Both the position numbers and the translations under genes were made by a program. The notes below the pieces were generated by a model, which ran no database searches, was not told the DNA's origin, and was given only the letters and a program-made list of their open reading frames with translations. This document shows positions 35,483-47,757 of a stretch of DNA of 64,000 nucleotides, piece after piece (the stretch's first letter is position 1; each line of letters opens with the position of its first letter). Source of the DNA: Malacoraja senta (Eukaryota); the NCBI GenBank assembly GCA_038087875.1, contig CM075988.1:21516001-21580000 (forward strand). Reading direction: 5' to 3'.

Positions 35483-36534
35483 GGGCGTTATTCCCTTTCC
35501 ACTGTGGATGCCTCGATTGTAATCATGTATTGTCTTTCCGCTGACTGGTCAGCATGCAACAAAAGCCTTTCACTGTACCTCGGTAACTAGACTCAACCAA
35601 ACTCAATTCAAGATTGCCTGGTGCAGAAAGAAATTGCAGTTGACGATGGTCATTCTCTCGGGGACTGTGTGCAACTGACCAAATACAATAATCTGCCCAC
35701 GTATCAAGTCACCTCAGATCTTTCACTCCTGTTAAAGACAGTAACACCGAGAGCTGTGGAAAGTTATTAAAAACAATTTTATCTATTGTTCTATCTATTG
35801 CTTGCCAACCGAGACAGGTAACTACGCACGTAGCGAAGGTAATAATTCTAATCAACTGCAGGAAATCTAATAGAACCCAATGCTTCAAATCTGTATTGAT
35901 TTCCTGCTAAGTATCTGAAGGGAAATCGATTTATAAATTATCACTTCAGAAATATAAAAGTCTAATCATTGCTACATACTGTATGAGGCAGGAGCCATGA
36001 ACCCGTCTATCTCCATTTACTCACAAATAGATGTAACAAACTCAACTAAATGTGGCAATTCTGCACTTCTTTCCATAACACCAGTCTCAGGTAATGGTGT
36101 GTAAGGAGGAACTGCAGATGCTGGTTTAAACCGAAGGTAGACACAAAATGCTGGAGTAACTCAGCGGGACAGGCAGCATCTCTGGAGAGAAGGAATGGGT
36201 GACGTTTCGGGTCGAGACCCTTCTTCCGACTGGTTAGGGATAAGGGAAACGTCACCGTCTGTATCTCTCGTTTCCCTTATCCTTAAACCCCCCCCGCCCC
36301 CCCACGCGGGGTCCTCCTTTGTTCCCTCCCACGGCAGCTTCACTCCACGAGGTCTGTCCTCGTCCATCGGTCGACGGCCCCATCGACCCCCGCGCCGACC
36401 TCTCCACCAACGCTCTCTGGTCCTCTCCGGACGCCTCAGTCCCCATCCGCGGGCTCCGTCGACACGCGGCGCCCGGGCTCCCACCCGCGGGGGCTCCGGC
36501 CCCACCGGCCCCTCGGCTCACCGGGAGGCTGGAC

Positions 36535-37063
36535 ACCGCTGTGCCACTGTGCCGCTCCCATGTCTTTGTGTCCGAGGCACATAAAATCAGAATGTGAATT
36601 TTCCGCAGGATGTCGGCCATAAACAATTACAAGGCCCTCAGAATGCTTCGCCCATCATGTTCATTCATTCAACCCGGCTTGGGTCATCTAATGCTTCCAG
36701 CCCAGTGTAAATGCGATGTACAGTAATTCCCTGCAATTATCCTGCTTCAAAATGAGCATAAAATGAAGATCAGATCCTCTGGGTCCAATTGCATTTTGAA
36801 ATTAAATGTTTCCAGGATTTTGAGCAAATTGGCCTGACATGATGGCCAATCGTGACATTTTTCAGAAGTAGTTGGTGGGGCTGAGGATGTTTAGTGTGAA
36901 CTGAAAACTCTGGTCTCAGCAAGGACGTAGAGTGTATCGGTGAGATAGGATTGTGTACAAGGTAAATATGGCAGACATAAAAAGCGGGAGTAACTCAGCG
37001 GGTCAGGCAGCATCTGTGGAGAAAAGGAATAGGCGACGTTTCGGGTCGAGACCCTTCTTCAGA
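36535..37063 (-). repeat. Inverted duplicate of 57501-58407
   Basis: About 430 bp of non-repeat sequence plus an adjoining PLE unit is the reverse complement of 57968-58407 and 57501-57588. Confidence 0.9.
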
Positions 37064-37881
37064 CCTAACCCTGCCATGTTTTGTCCTGCCCCTCCTCTCC
37101 TCCAGCTTTCTTCCCCCCCCCTCCCCCCTCCCCGGCAATCAGTCTGAAGAAGAGTCCCGACTCAAAACGTCACCCATCCATGTTCTCCAAAGATGCTGCC
37201 TGACCCGCTGTTACTCCAGCACTTTGCGCATGTTTTAAAATCTAAAACTGCCTTGTAGGAGATAAAACAATGCAGGGCAGAAATGGGCCCTTCAGCCCAC
37301 AATGTCTGTGCCATACGTAGTGCCATGTTAAACTAATCTCTCCCTCCATGTCATCCATATCCCCCCATTCCCTACATATCCATGTGCATATCCTAAAGCC
37401 TATTAAATGCCACTATCATATCCACTTCAACCACCGTCGGCACCTACCATCCTCTGGGTAAAAACTCACACAATCCCCCCACTGACCTTAAACTAATTGA
37501 CACCAAATCCCCCAGTTGCAAAGTGGTACCAAGTAAACTCCAAACCAGCTTTTAAATACAATTCTGATGAGGAATCCTGAACCACTTAATATCCAATAAA
37601 AGAGAAATTCCTGAGAGGGAATATCAGGTCAGACTCGAGGTTCACAATAAAATCAAGGATTGCAGCAAAAATATTTTTAATCAACAAGATCTTAGCAGGA
37701 ACAAAGAGGGGGGTTTATCTCAAATCGCTAAAAGCAACAAAGAGAAATTGTACTCCCTGCTTAACAACCTCAAGGAATGAATTCAATAATTTTGAGTTAA
37801 TACTCAGTGGTTAAAAAGATAAAACATAAACCTGAAAGCTACCCTCAGAGCAACTGCTGGACAAATGGGGCACTCACTCAA

Positions 37882-38190
37882 GGGTGGCACGGTGGCGCAG
37901 CGGTAGAGTTGCTGCCTTACAGCGCTTGCAGCACCAGAGACCCAGGTTCGATCCCGACTACGGGTGCTGTCTCTACGGAATTGTTACTTTCTCCCTGTGA
38001 CCACGTGGGCTTTCTCCGAGATCTTCGGTTACCTCCGACACTCCAAAGACGTAATTGGCTTGGTGTACGTGTAAATTGTCCCTGGCGTGTGTAGGGTCAC
38101 ATTAATGTGCAGGGATTGCTGGTCGGTGCGGTCTCGGTGGGCCGGAGGGCCTGTTTCCGTGCTGTATCTTTAAACGAAACTAAACTAAAC
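37882..38190 (+). mobile_element. HE1-like SINE
   Basis: Head, V-domain, tail. Confidence 0.85.
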
Positions 38191-38613
38191 CATTTGTGCC
38201 TTCTGAATGTCAAATCATCAACTTGTCAACGTTGCTTTTTGTTTTGAATTAGAGAGATGCACTTTGCATTAACGCAAGACACTTGGAAATTAAATGGGAA
38301 ATATCAAATGTGACCCGTGCAAAGAGATTTCTATCAGCAATGCCTGAATGGTAATAACGCTGGAAAGAGCTCAGAAATTCTCGGATAAGAATTTAAAAAG
38401 AATCATAATAGATTAGTTAATTGGATTCGGTAAAATTGTAAATTGCCCCTGGTGTTAATGTGCTCGGATCGCTGGTCGGCGCGGACTCGGTGGGCCGAAG
38501 GGCCTGTTTCTGTTCCATACCTCTGAACTAAACTGGGTCCACAACTGAACTGCTGCGGGGATGTCCGGGGCTGGAGCGACTGATAACAAATCACTACCAT
38601 ATTCCTTTGCGCG

Positions 38614-39000
38614 AGATACAATAGACAATAGACAAAAGGTGCAGGAGTAGGCCATTTGGCCCTTCGTGGCAGCACCGCCATTCAATGTGATCACGGCTGA
38701 TCATCCCCAATCAGTACCCCCCCGTTCCTGCCTTCTCCCCATATCCCCTGACTCCGCTATCTTTAAGAGCCCTATCTAGCTCTCTCTTGAAAGCATCCAG
38801 AGAACCTGCCTCCACCGCCCTCTGAGGCAGAGAATTCCAGACTCACCACTCTCTGTGAGAAAAAGTGTTTCCTCGTCTCCGTTCTAAATGGCTTACTCCT
38901 TATTCTTAAACTGTGGCCCCTGGTTCTGGACTCCCCCAACATCGGGAACATGTTTCCTGCCTCTAGCGTGTCCAAACCCTTAACAATCTTATATGTTTCA
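38614..39000 (-). mobile_element. CR1/HER1-like LINE 3' end
   Basis: ORF 38772..38975; same subfamily as 19777-20228. Confidence 0.88.
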
Positions 39001-39014
39001 AGATCTTATACGCT

Positions 39015-39625
39015 AGTTTAGTTTAGTTTAGTTTAGTCTAGTTTAGTTCGAGATACATCGCGGAAAACAGGCCTTTCAGCCCACTGAGTCCGCACCGACC
39101 AGCGATCACCGAACATTAGCGCAGCCCTACACATACCTGTATTAGGGACAATTTACAATTTTATCACAGCCAATTAACCTGCAAACCTGTACGTCTATGG
39201 AGTGTAGGAGGAAACCGGAGAAATTATGTTAAAAATCTTTCTTAACTGACAGAAGTACAACCAAAAGTCATGGAGACATGTAGAATGGAAAACACACAGT
39301 CCACCCATTTAGTTTTAGTTTGGAGATACAGCGTGGAAACAGGCCCTTTGGTCCACCAAATCCACGCTCCATGCACACCAACATCATCCTACACACACTG
39401 GGGACAATTTACAATCTACACACATCAGATACCATTTTTTTTACATTTCGACCTACAAACCTGTCCGTCTTTGGAGTGTGGGATGAAACCGGAGCACCCG
39501 GATAAAACCCACGCAGGTCACGGGGAGAACGTACAAACTCCGTGCAGACAGCACTCGTAGCGAGGATGGAACCCGGGTCCCTGGCGCTGTAAGGCAGCAA
39601 CTCTACCGCTGCGCCACCGTGCCGC
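39015..39625 (-). mobile_element. Two HE1-like SINEs (39015-39222 partial, 39308-39625 full)
   Basis: Tails, V-domains; head present in the second copy. Confidence 0.8.
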
Positions 39626-40333
39626 ATAGAGTGGAATATCTCCCTGAATTCCATTGATCTCAAGCGTTTCGACCTGGCAGTAAAAAAAACCCATCACATT
39701 TAAAAATCCAGCAAAAAGTTGCTCCTCAGACAACGTCAATAGCTATTTTACAGAGGATGATTTAATGAACAATGATGAGTTGAATAAATTGGCTTTCAGT
39801 GTGAGGATTTATACTGAAACCTATAAAATCATCCTGTTTATCCTTGACATTGCTTTGTCTAAGCTCCGATATCATTTAAACCGAGATGTAATAAATATTT
39901 ATTGCAAACAAAAAATGGCGATCCATATAATAATAACATCCGACAGACAGAGACACATCCATCAAATACATTTATAATGATTGATAATCGTTGACAGGGA
40001 TCCAGGGTCAATAAGGCTTTTATTGCCAACGTTTGCAGTTAAGATTGGGAGCATCAGGATCGATCCTGACTACGGGTGCTGTCTGTGTGGAGTATGTACG
40101 TCCTCCCCGTGACCACTTGGGTTTTCCCCGGGTACTCAGTATTCTTGCCACATTCCAAAGACCCGCAGGTTTTTAGGTTAATTGGCTTTTGTAATTTGCC
40201 CCCTCGTGTGTAGAATGTGAATGTGGGATAACAAGGAACTAGTGTGAGTGGGTGATCGATGGTCAACACGGTCTCAGTGGGCCGAAGGGCCTGTTTCCGC
40301 ACTGTATCTCTAAAACTAAAACCATGTTTCACT

Positions 40334-40454
40334 ATGTGAGTAGGAACTGCAGATGCTGGTTTACTCCGAAGATAGGCACAAAATGCTGAACAGGTCGGGC
40401 AGCATCTCTGGAGAGAAGGAATAGGTGACGTTTCCGGTCAAGACCCTTCATCAG
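40334..40454 (-). mobile_element. Solo PLE terminal unit with TSD
   Basis: 13-bp TSD accatgtttcact (40321-40333, 40455-40467); core reads CUGAUGA. Confidence 0.85.
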
Positions 40455-40483
40455 ACCATGTTTCACTGCAAAGGAATGTGTAA

Positions 40484-40799
40484 TAGCCCTGTCCCACTGT
40501 ACGAGTTCATTCAAGAGCTCTCCCGAGTTAAAAAAAAAATCAAACTCGTGGAAGCACGTAGAATGTGCGTAGCGGATACGTCGGAGCTCGGGGACGCCTC
40601 TTAGCGGCTCGTAACACTAACGGCAGGTACTCGGGAAACGCGGTAAGCTCGGGAAGATTCGTGAAGATTTTTCAACGGTGAAAAATGTCCACGAGAGCCC
40701 CGAGTACCGACGAGCGGCCATTACCGTAAATCTCCGAGTTCGAATCAGGGCAAACTCGGGAGAGCTCTTGGAATGAACTCGTACAGTGGGACAGGGCTT
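40484..40799. mobile_element. Harbinger-type MITE, family B copy 2
   Basis: TIRs of about 44 bp TAGCCCTGTCCCACTGTACGAG... / ...CTCGTACAGTGGGACAGGGCTT; left flank TAA, right flank TAC. Confidence 0.85.
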
Positions 40800-42139
40800 T
40801 ACACTATGCAGGAATAACATCACAGATATTTTCCTGCAACAATAATGCAATATTATAGCAAGTCTGTGATTGTTTAATACATTCGTTTTTAATGAGAAAT
40901 AAATGGATCCCTGATTCAAAGCTTAGTCTGAGATTTAAAATATAATACATTAATTCTAAAATAGAATACCTTGGAGATTTAATATTGGGAAAATTATATT
41001 TCCACATTAAATGCTCCTCTGTGCAAGTCATGTCCAGCGGATATAATTCCGATGCTTTGCAGTCTCTTCCTGGAGGATTTCTCCCTACAATCTCTGTTGT
41101 TCACTTGCTAATTATATCAGATGGGTTGGAATGTGGGAGAAAACCGGATCACCCGGAGAAAACCCACGCAGGTCACGGGGGGAACGTACAAAGCCCGTTC
41201 AGACAGCACCCGTAGTCAGGATCGAACCTGGGTCTCTGGCGCTGTAAGGCAGCAACTCTACCGCTGTGCTGCCTTTTTGCCTAGTGGGCAACCATTGGGA
41301 AGAAACATTTCCAACTCCCCACAGCCGTGCTGCACAAACACAGGCTGTTAATGCAGGTGATATTTATAAAGCAGATGACTTTGTCTCTCATGTAGCCATG
41401 CTGCCCATTCACCATTTTGCAGGGATCCTCCCCCCCCCCCCTGTCATTGAGACAGCTAGTGACCTACAAACCTGCACGTCTTTGGAGTGCGGGAGGAAAC
41501 CAGAGCACCCGGAGAAAACCCACGTGGTCATACGCAGAACATACAAACTGTGTACAAACAGCACCTGCAGTCTGGATCTATAGGGAAAGGTTGAAGGGTT
41601 TCCAGTTCCCCCCCATATTCCAAAGACGTGCAAGTTTATAGGTTAATTGTCATCTGTAAATTGTCCCTGGTGTGTAAGTTGGGAAAGTGGGATAATATAG
41701 GACAAGTGTCGGGGGATCGCTGGTCGCCGTGGGCTCAATGGGCTGAAGGGGCTGTTTCCACGCTGTATCTCTAAACTTTAATCAGACGGAAATCTGTTGT
41801 AGGCTGGAGAGAGAGAGAGAGGGTGAGCGTGAGAGAGAGAGAGTAAGAGGATCAGGGACAGTGAGGTCTGAGGAGAATCAAACATGAACCAAGAATGTGA
41901 ATCAGAAAAGATCCCTGGGGACTGCGGAATTATTTTTGCCCAAGGGAGTTCCAGTCCATTAGCAAATATTATCATTTGGAATTGAAAGAAGTGGTTGAGA
42001 AAGTTAGCTGATTAAGAGATGAATCCACATACAGTAGAATGGGCTGGCGATCTCGTTCTGACAGTGAATGTGGGGACAACTCGATCCATTGTGTGGGAAG
42101 GAACTGCAGATGCTGGTTTATACTGAAGAAAGATACAAA

Positions 42140-42410
42140 ACCCAACGGTATGAATATTGACTCTCTAACTTCAAGTAACCCTTGCTTTCCCTCTCTCTCC
42201 ATCCCTCCCCCACCCTATTTCTCCGACTAGTTTCAATGTCCTCCTGATTCATTTTACTGTTTGTGTCCCTCCTTCCCTTCAGCCAACAATGAGCCATTGT
42301 CCATTTCACACCTTACATACTCTTTGTACCCTTCTGCATCTCTAGTTTCCCTCGCCCCTGACTCAGTCTGAAGAAGGGTCTCGACCCGAAACAGCACCCA
42401 TTCCTTCTCA
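42140..42410 (+). mobile_element. PLE 3' region remnant
   Basis: cccaacggtatgaatattgac...ttcaagtaa ORF end, 3' UTR, core at 42368. Confidence 0.75.
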
Positions 42411-42429
42411 ACCAACCTACAATCCTGTA

Positions 42430-42521
42430 GGTAGACAAAAGTGCTGGAGAAACTCAGCGGGTGCAGCAGCATCTATGGAGCGAAGGAAATAGGCAACGTT
42501 TCGGGCGAAACCCTTCTTCAG
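42430..42521 (-). mobile_element. Solo 92-bp PLE terminal unit inserted in an HE1-like SINE
   Basis: 15-bp TSD acctacaatcctgta (42415-42429, 42522-42536). Confidence 0.88.
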
Positions 42522-43345
42522 ACCTACAATCCTGTACGTCTTTGGACTGTGGGAGGAAACCGGAGCTCCCGGAGAAAACCCACGTAGGTCACGGGGATAA
42601 TGTACAAACTCCGTACAGACAGCACCCGTAGTTAGGACCGAACCCGGGTGTCTGGCGCTCTAAGGCAGTAACTCTACCGCTGCGCCACCGTGCCACCCAC
42701 GTTCTATTGACTGGTTTTCTGGGGAAAAGATCAAGCGTCTCTCATTCTGGTATCTCTTTGTTTTGTACTGGACTTGTTTTTCTGTAAGACACAGGAATTA
42801 AAAGGATTGACAATCTCCCTTTGGAGCCACATTTATTATACAATAAAGTTATGAAGATATTACCATTTCTATCTACATTTTTAATAAGTATAGATGTTCA
42901 ATAAGGAAACAAAATGGGTTAGAGCAAAATACAATTTTACCTCTGTGGGAATTGTTCACTGATATACAAAATAAACAAATTTTCACTGCAAAGAAATTGA
43001 GATGTTCATTTATATTTGATGATAACCGCCTCAAGGGAGTTACATCTGCATGGTTCTTTCCAACTAATAGGTTCAGACACCACTGGTAGTGAAGTAAACT
43101 GAGACGGGAGAGACTTGCCTGTAGGTATGGAAGTTTGATGTTTCAAGGGAAATAATTGCCAGTGGATGTTATTCATAAACTTTGAAAACCTGAAGAAGTT
43201 AAATTTGAGATAAACCAAAAAATCACTCAATCATAAGCATTCCCTCTTCCTATAAATTGTGACATCCAATTTTACTTTGATGAATGTTTTTCTTGAAACA
43301 TCTGGGTTTAAATGTTATGGTTTTATGGATTATCTAAGAGTCTTA

Positions 43346-43528
43346 ATGTTTAAGAAAGAACTGCGGATGCTGTAAAAATCGAAGGTAGACAAAAATGTTG
43401 GAGAAACTCAGCGGGTGAGGCAGCATCTATAGAGCGAAGGAATTGGTGACGTTTCAAATAGAAACGTTGTCTATTCCTTCGCTCCGTAGATGCTGCCTCA
43501 CCCGCTGAGTTTCTCCAGCATTTTTGTC
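43346..43528. mobile_element. Fold-back pair of PLE terminal units
   Basis: 15-bp TSD tatctaagagtctta (43331-43345, 43529-43543); the arms are reverse complements. Confidence 0.88.
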
Positions 43529-43734
43529 TATCTAAGAGTCTTAGTTTAGTTTAGTTCCCTCATCTCCTTTCTAAAGGACATCAGTCTTTAAAGTTTGAAA
43601 ATATGAAATTGAACATCGTCTTGAGCCAGGATCGGATTTTTCCAAGACTTGGAAGTAGCAAAAGGCGTTGGAACATAACATCTGTGTGTGTGTGTGTGTG
43701 TGTGTGCGGTTTCAAAGGAGGATCTATTGTACTC

Positions 43735-44235
43735 ATGCAGCATAGGTTCACCAGGTTAATTCCCGGGATGGAGGGACTGACACATGATGAAAGAATGGGT
43801 CGACTGGGCTTGTATTCACTGGAATTTAGAAGGATGAGAGGCCATCTTATAGAAACATATAAAATTCTTAAAGGATTGGTCAAGCTAGATGCAGGAAACA
43901 TGTTCCTGATGTTGGAGGAGTCCAGAACCAGGGGTCACAGTTTAAGAATAATGGGTAGGTCATTTAGGACTGAGATGAGGAAAATCCTCTTCACCCAGAG
44001 AGTTGTGAACCTGTGGAATTCTCTGCCACAGAAGGCAGTGGAGGCCAAATCACTGGATGTTTTCAAGAGAGAGTTAAGTTTAGCTCTTGGGGCTAAAGGA
44101 ATCAAGTGATATGGGGAAAAAGCAGGAACGGGGTACTGCTTTTGGATGATCAGCCATGATCATATTGAATGGTGGTGCTGGCTCGAGGGGCCGAGTGGCC
44201 TACTCCTGCATCTATTTCTTTATGTTTCTATGTTT
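43735..44235 (+). mobile_element. CR1/HER1-like LINE 3' fragment
   Basis: QHRFTRLIPGMEGL...LEFRRMRGHLIETYKILKGL...WNSLPQK in ORF 43603..44109. Confidence 0.9.
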
Positions 44236-45589
44236 CATGTATTGTTCAATGTGTAATAAAAAGGAACTGCAGATGCTGGTTCTTAACAAAGATAGAGGAA
44301 AAGTGCTGGACTAACTCAACAGGTAAAGGGCAGCATTTCTGGAGGAAATGGATAGGTGACGTTTTGGGTCAGGATCATTCCTCAGATGGATTGTAGGGGG
44401 GGTGGGGGGGTGGGGGCGAACTGGAAGCAAGGAAAGACCAGGACAAATCAGGGCCCGCAACAGATGACCTCAGGCAAGGTGGCTCCCTGATAAGCCTTTC
44501 TGCTAGTTCCCCAGCAATTGTTGGCTGGGGAACTAGCAGAAATACTATACATGATTACAATCAAGTCATCCACAGTGTACAGATACAGGATAAGGTAATT
44601 AGGGGACAGGTTTCTTGATTAGTACGTGGATCAGGGGTTACGGGGAGAAGGCAGGAGAATGGGGTAGATGGTAGGTCAGGGCTGCTCTTTAGTTTTGATA
44701 GGATGGTTGACCTGTCTAATTACACCAACTATGCAAGTCTCTCATATAGCAATTCAGCATCATTGGTCTGTGTCTAACTAATCCCATCCGCAACCCTGCA
44801 AACCTGTACGTCTTCGGAGTGCGGGAGGAAACCAGAGCACCCGGAGAAAACCCACGCAGGCCACGGGGAGAACGTACAAACTCCGTACAGAAAAGCACCC
44901 GTAGTCAGGATTGAAACCGGGGTCTCTGGCGCTGTGAGGCAGCAACTCTACCGCTACGCCGCCATGCCGCCATGTCCTGCAAAAAGTATTAAACCAATTT
45001 CCCTTAAAAAGAACTAGTTTCCATTCAATGCTCCAATAAGCTCACTCAGTACAAAAAAATCATTAACAAATATATTAAATGGGTAAAATGCCAATTTCAT
45101 TTTTTAAATGATAGTTGCATTAAATTCAAGTGTTCGTTCGAAGGGAGAGAGTGATGCAGCTAAAATGACAAGATTTGATTCATAGCTGTAAACAATTTAA
45201 ATTCAAATGTAATGTTATAGTCTAATTAGCAGAATGTTGTTCTTCAAAATACATAATCATAAAGCTGGATAAAATTTTAACTTTGCTGAATATGGATCAT
45301 TTATTTTATGCATAGAATATAGACTGTCTTGGAATCACAGGCTGGTCATAAGACAGATTGATGCATTCGACAAATAACAGTAGAATTATTGCCATAAATC
45401 ACACAATAAATCGCAAACAGAAACCCTTGGCTGACTGCAGCAGTGAAATTGAATGTTTAATATTCTGCAATTCGAGAGGAAAGAAAGTTTTAACCACAGT
45501 GAGAAAAAATTGACCATGGTTTGCAGGTGAGTCGCTAGATGAAGGGCCTTGCTCCCTTTCACCATCAAGAACACATACTCCTCTTACTC

Positions 45590-46415
45590 AGCGGCACAGT
45601 GGCGCAGTGGTAGAGTTGCTGCCTTAGAAACATAGAAACATAGAAACATAGAAAATAGGTACAGGAGTAGGCCATTCGGCCCTTCGAGCCTGCACCGCCA
45701 TTCAATATGATCATGGCTGATCATCCAACTCAGTATCCTGTACCTGCCTTCTCTCCATACCCCCTGATCCCTTTAGCCACAAGGGCCACATCTAACTCCC
45801 TCTTAAATATAGCCAATGAACTGGCCTCAACTACCTTCTGTGGCAGAGAATTCCACACATTCACCACTCTCTGTGTAAAAAATGATTTTCTCATCTCGGT
45901 CCTAAAAGACTTCCCCTTTATCCTTAAACTGTGACCCCTTGTTCTGGACTTCCCCAAAATCAGGAATAATCTTCCTGCATCTAGCCTGTCCAACCCTATA
46001 AGAATTTTGTAAGTTTCTATAAGATCCCCCCTCAATCTTCTAAATTCTAGCGAGTACAAGCCGAGTCTATCCAGTCTTTCTTCATATGAAAGTCCTGCCA
46101 TCCCAGGAATCAGTCTGGTGAACCTTCTCTGTACTCCCTCTATGGCCAGAGACTCAGGTGCGATCCCGACTATGGGTGCTGTCTGTACGGAGTTTGTACG
46201 TTCTCCCCATAACCCGCGTGAGTTTTCTCCGGGATCTTCGGTTTCCTCCCACACTCCAAAGACGTACAGGTTTGTAGGTTAATTGGCTTGGTGTATGGGT
46301 AAATGTAAATTATCCCTAGTACGTATAGGGTAATGGTGGTGTACTGGGATCGCTGGTCGGCGTGGACTCGCTGAGCCAGGGGGCCTGTTTCTGCTCTGTA
46401 TCTATAGACTAGACC
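45590..46415 (+). mobile_element. HE1-like SINE interrupted by a CR1 3' fragment (45626-46146, minus strand)
   Basis: SINE head breaks at gttgctgcctta and resumes ccagagac; the insert encodes IEGVQRRFTRLIPGMAGL... with a (TTTCTATG)n tail. Confidence 0.88.
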
Positions 46416-46590
46416 TGACTGCGGCCCTCTGCCAGATATCTTGGGTCAACTCAGATAAGTTATCAAATGGCAGCAACAGTTGCGATCAAAAGCGAGTGTG
46501 TTTTAGATTGCAATGAGTTCTGTAAGTCACGTGCCGGGAGTATCCTGGTGAGCAGGGGCCAAGCCCTACAGTAGGCCCGTCGATAGCATA

Positions 46591-47230
46591 GGAGGACCAT
46601 CAAGAGCGTAGGAGGACCATCAAGAACGTAGGAGGACCATCAAGAACGTAGGAGGACCATCAAAAGTGTAGGAGGACCATCACGAGCATAGGAGGACCAT
46701 CAAGAACATAGGAGGACCATCAAGAGCATAGGAGGACCATCAAGAACATAGGAGGACTATCAAGAGCATAGGGAGACCATCAAGCGAGTAGGAGGACCTT
46801 CAAGAATGTAGGAGGACCATTAAGAATGTAGGAGGACCATCAAGAGCGTAGGAGGACCATCATGAATGTAGGAGGACCATCAAGAGCATAGGGGGACCAT
46901 CAAGCACGTAGGAGGACCATCAAGAATGTAGGAGGACCACTAAGAATGTAGGAGGACCATCAAGAGCAAAGGAGGACCATCAAGAGCGTAGGAGGACCAT
47001 CAATAGCGTGGGAGGACCATCAAGAGTGTAGGAGGACCATCAAGAGCGTAGGAGGACCATCAAGAATGTAGGAGGACCATCAAGAGCGTAGGAGGACCAT
47101 CAAGAACGTAGAAGAACCATCAAGAGCATAGGTGGACCATCAAGAGCGTAGGTGGACCATCAAGAGTGTAGGTGGACCATCAAGAGCGTAGGTGGACCAT
47201 CAAGAGCGTAGGTGGACCATCAAGAGCATA
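46591..47230. repeat. Minisatellite, 32 x 20 bp (consensus GGAGGACCATCAAGAGCGTA)
   Basis: Exact 20-bp period with no indels across 640 bp. Confidence 0.97.
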
Positions 47231-47332
47231 GGACACCCTGGGGGATCTGGATAAAGTTTGGTTAAAGTTCCCGATCGCTACAGGAGCAGGAGTGGCAGCA
47301 ACAGAGGGTTAATCCCCAGTGAATCTCTCCAG

Positions 47333-47757
47333 TAGCCAGAGTGCAAGCATCCATTCAGTCATCATCATTGAAAACATTAGCGACGCTGTGGTGCTGGTTT
47401 CCGACGGGAACGGTGATGGACGCACCACACATCTCTGTCCTCCAGTTCCTGCGGACTTCCGCCGCTGGAAGTATAGGATTTTGGTGTGTGTGCTTCACCA
47501 TCATTCCTTACAATGCTATGTACGACAGTGATCACAACTTCTACTGAAGTGTGGATGGCCGTTGGCTCACTTGGAGCTCATCCGCCCTTTGACAGGTCTT
47601 GCTTCTGGTCCTGCTGGGGGTCCACAGCCCCCTCCTCACCTGGCGAGCCAGGTGGGGGAGATGGTTTAGTCGCCGACTATCCGACCATGGGAGCAGGTAG
47701 CACGGGATTACATGGTGCCCGTGGCGGGGGGAACTCCCCCCGACCTGACCTGTTGCA
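47333..47757 (-). mobile_element. Short non-autonomous retroelement, probably RTE-derived
   Basis: 36-bp direct repeats at 47297-47332 and 47758-47793 (2 mismatches); the minus-strand 3' part reads ELEDRDVW... followed by (GAT)n; the 5' part is hairpin-rich. Confidence 0.5.

Noticed and set aside
46591..47230. CRISPR-like array
   Set aside because: Units are contiguous 20-mers with only point variants and no unique spacers; no cas genes; vertebrate context. Stops (TAG/TGA) occur in all frames, so it is not a coding repeat either.
47640..47757. Definite HDV-like or twister ribozyme call
   Set aside because: P1 and P2 of an HDV fold could not be paired convincingly and twister consensus loops are absent; kept only as a hypothesis in the findings.
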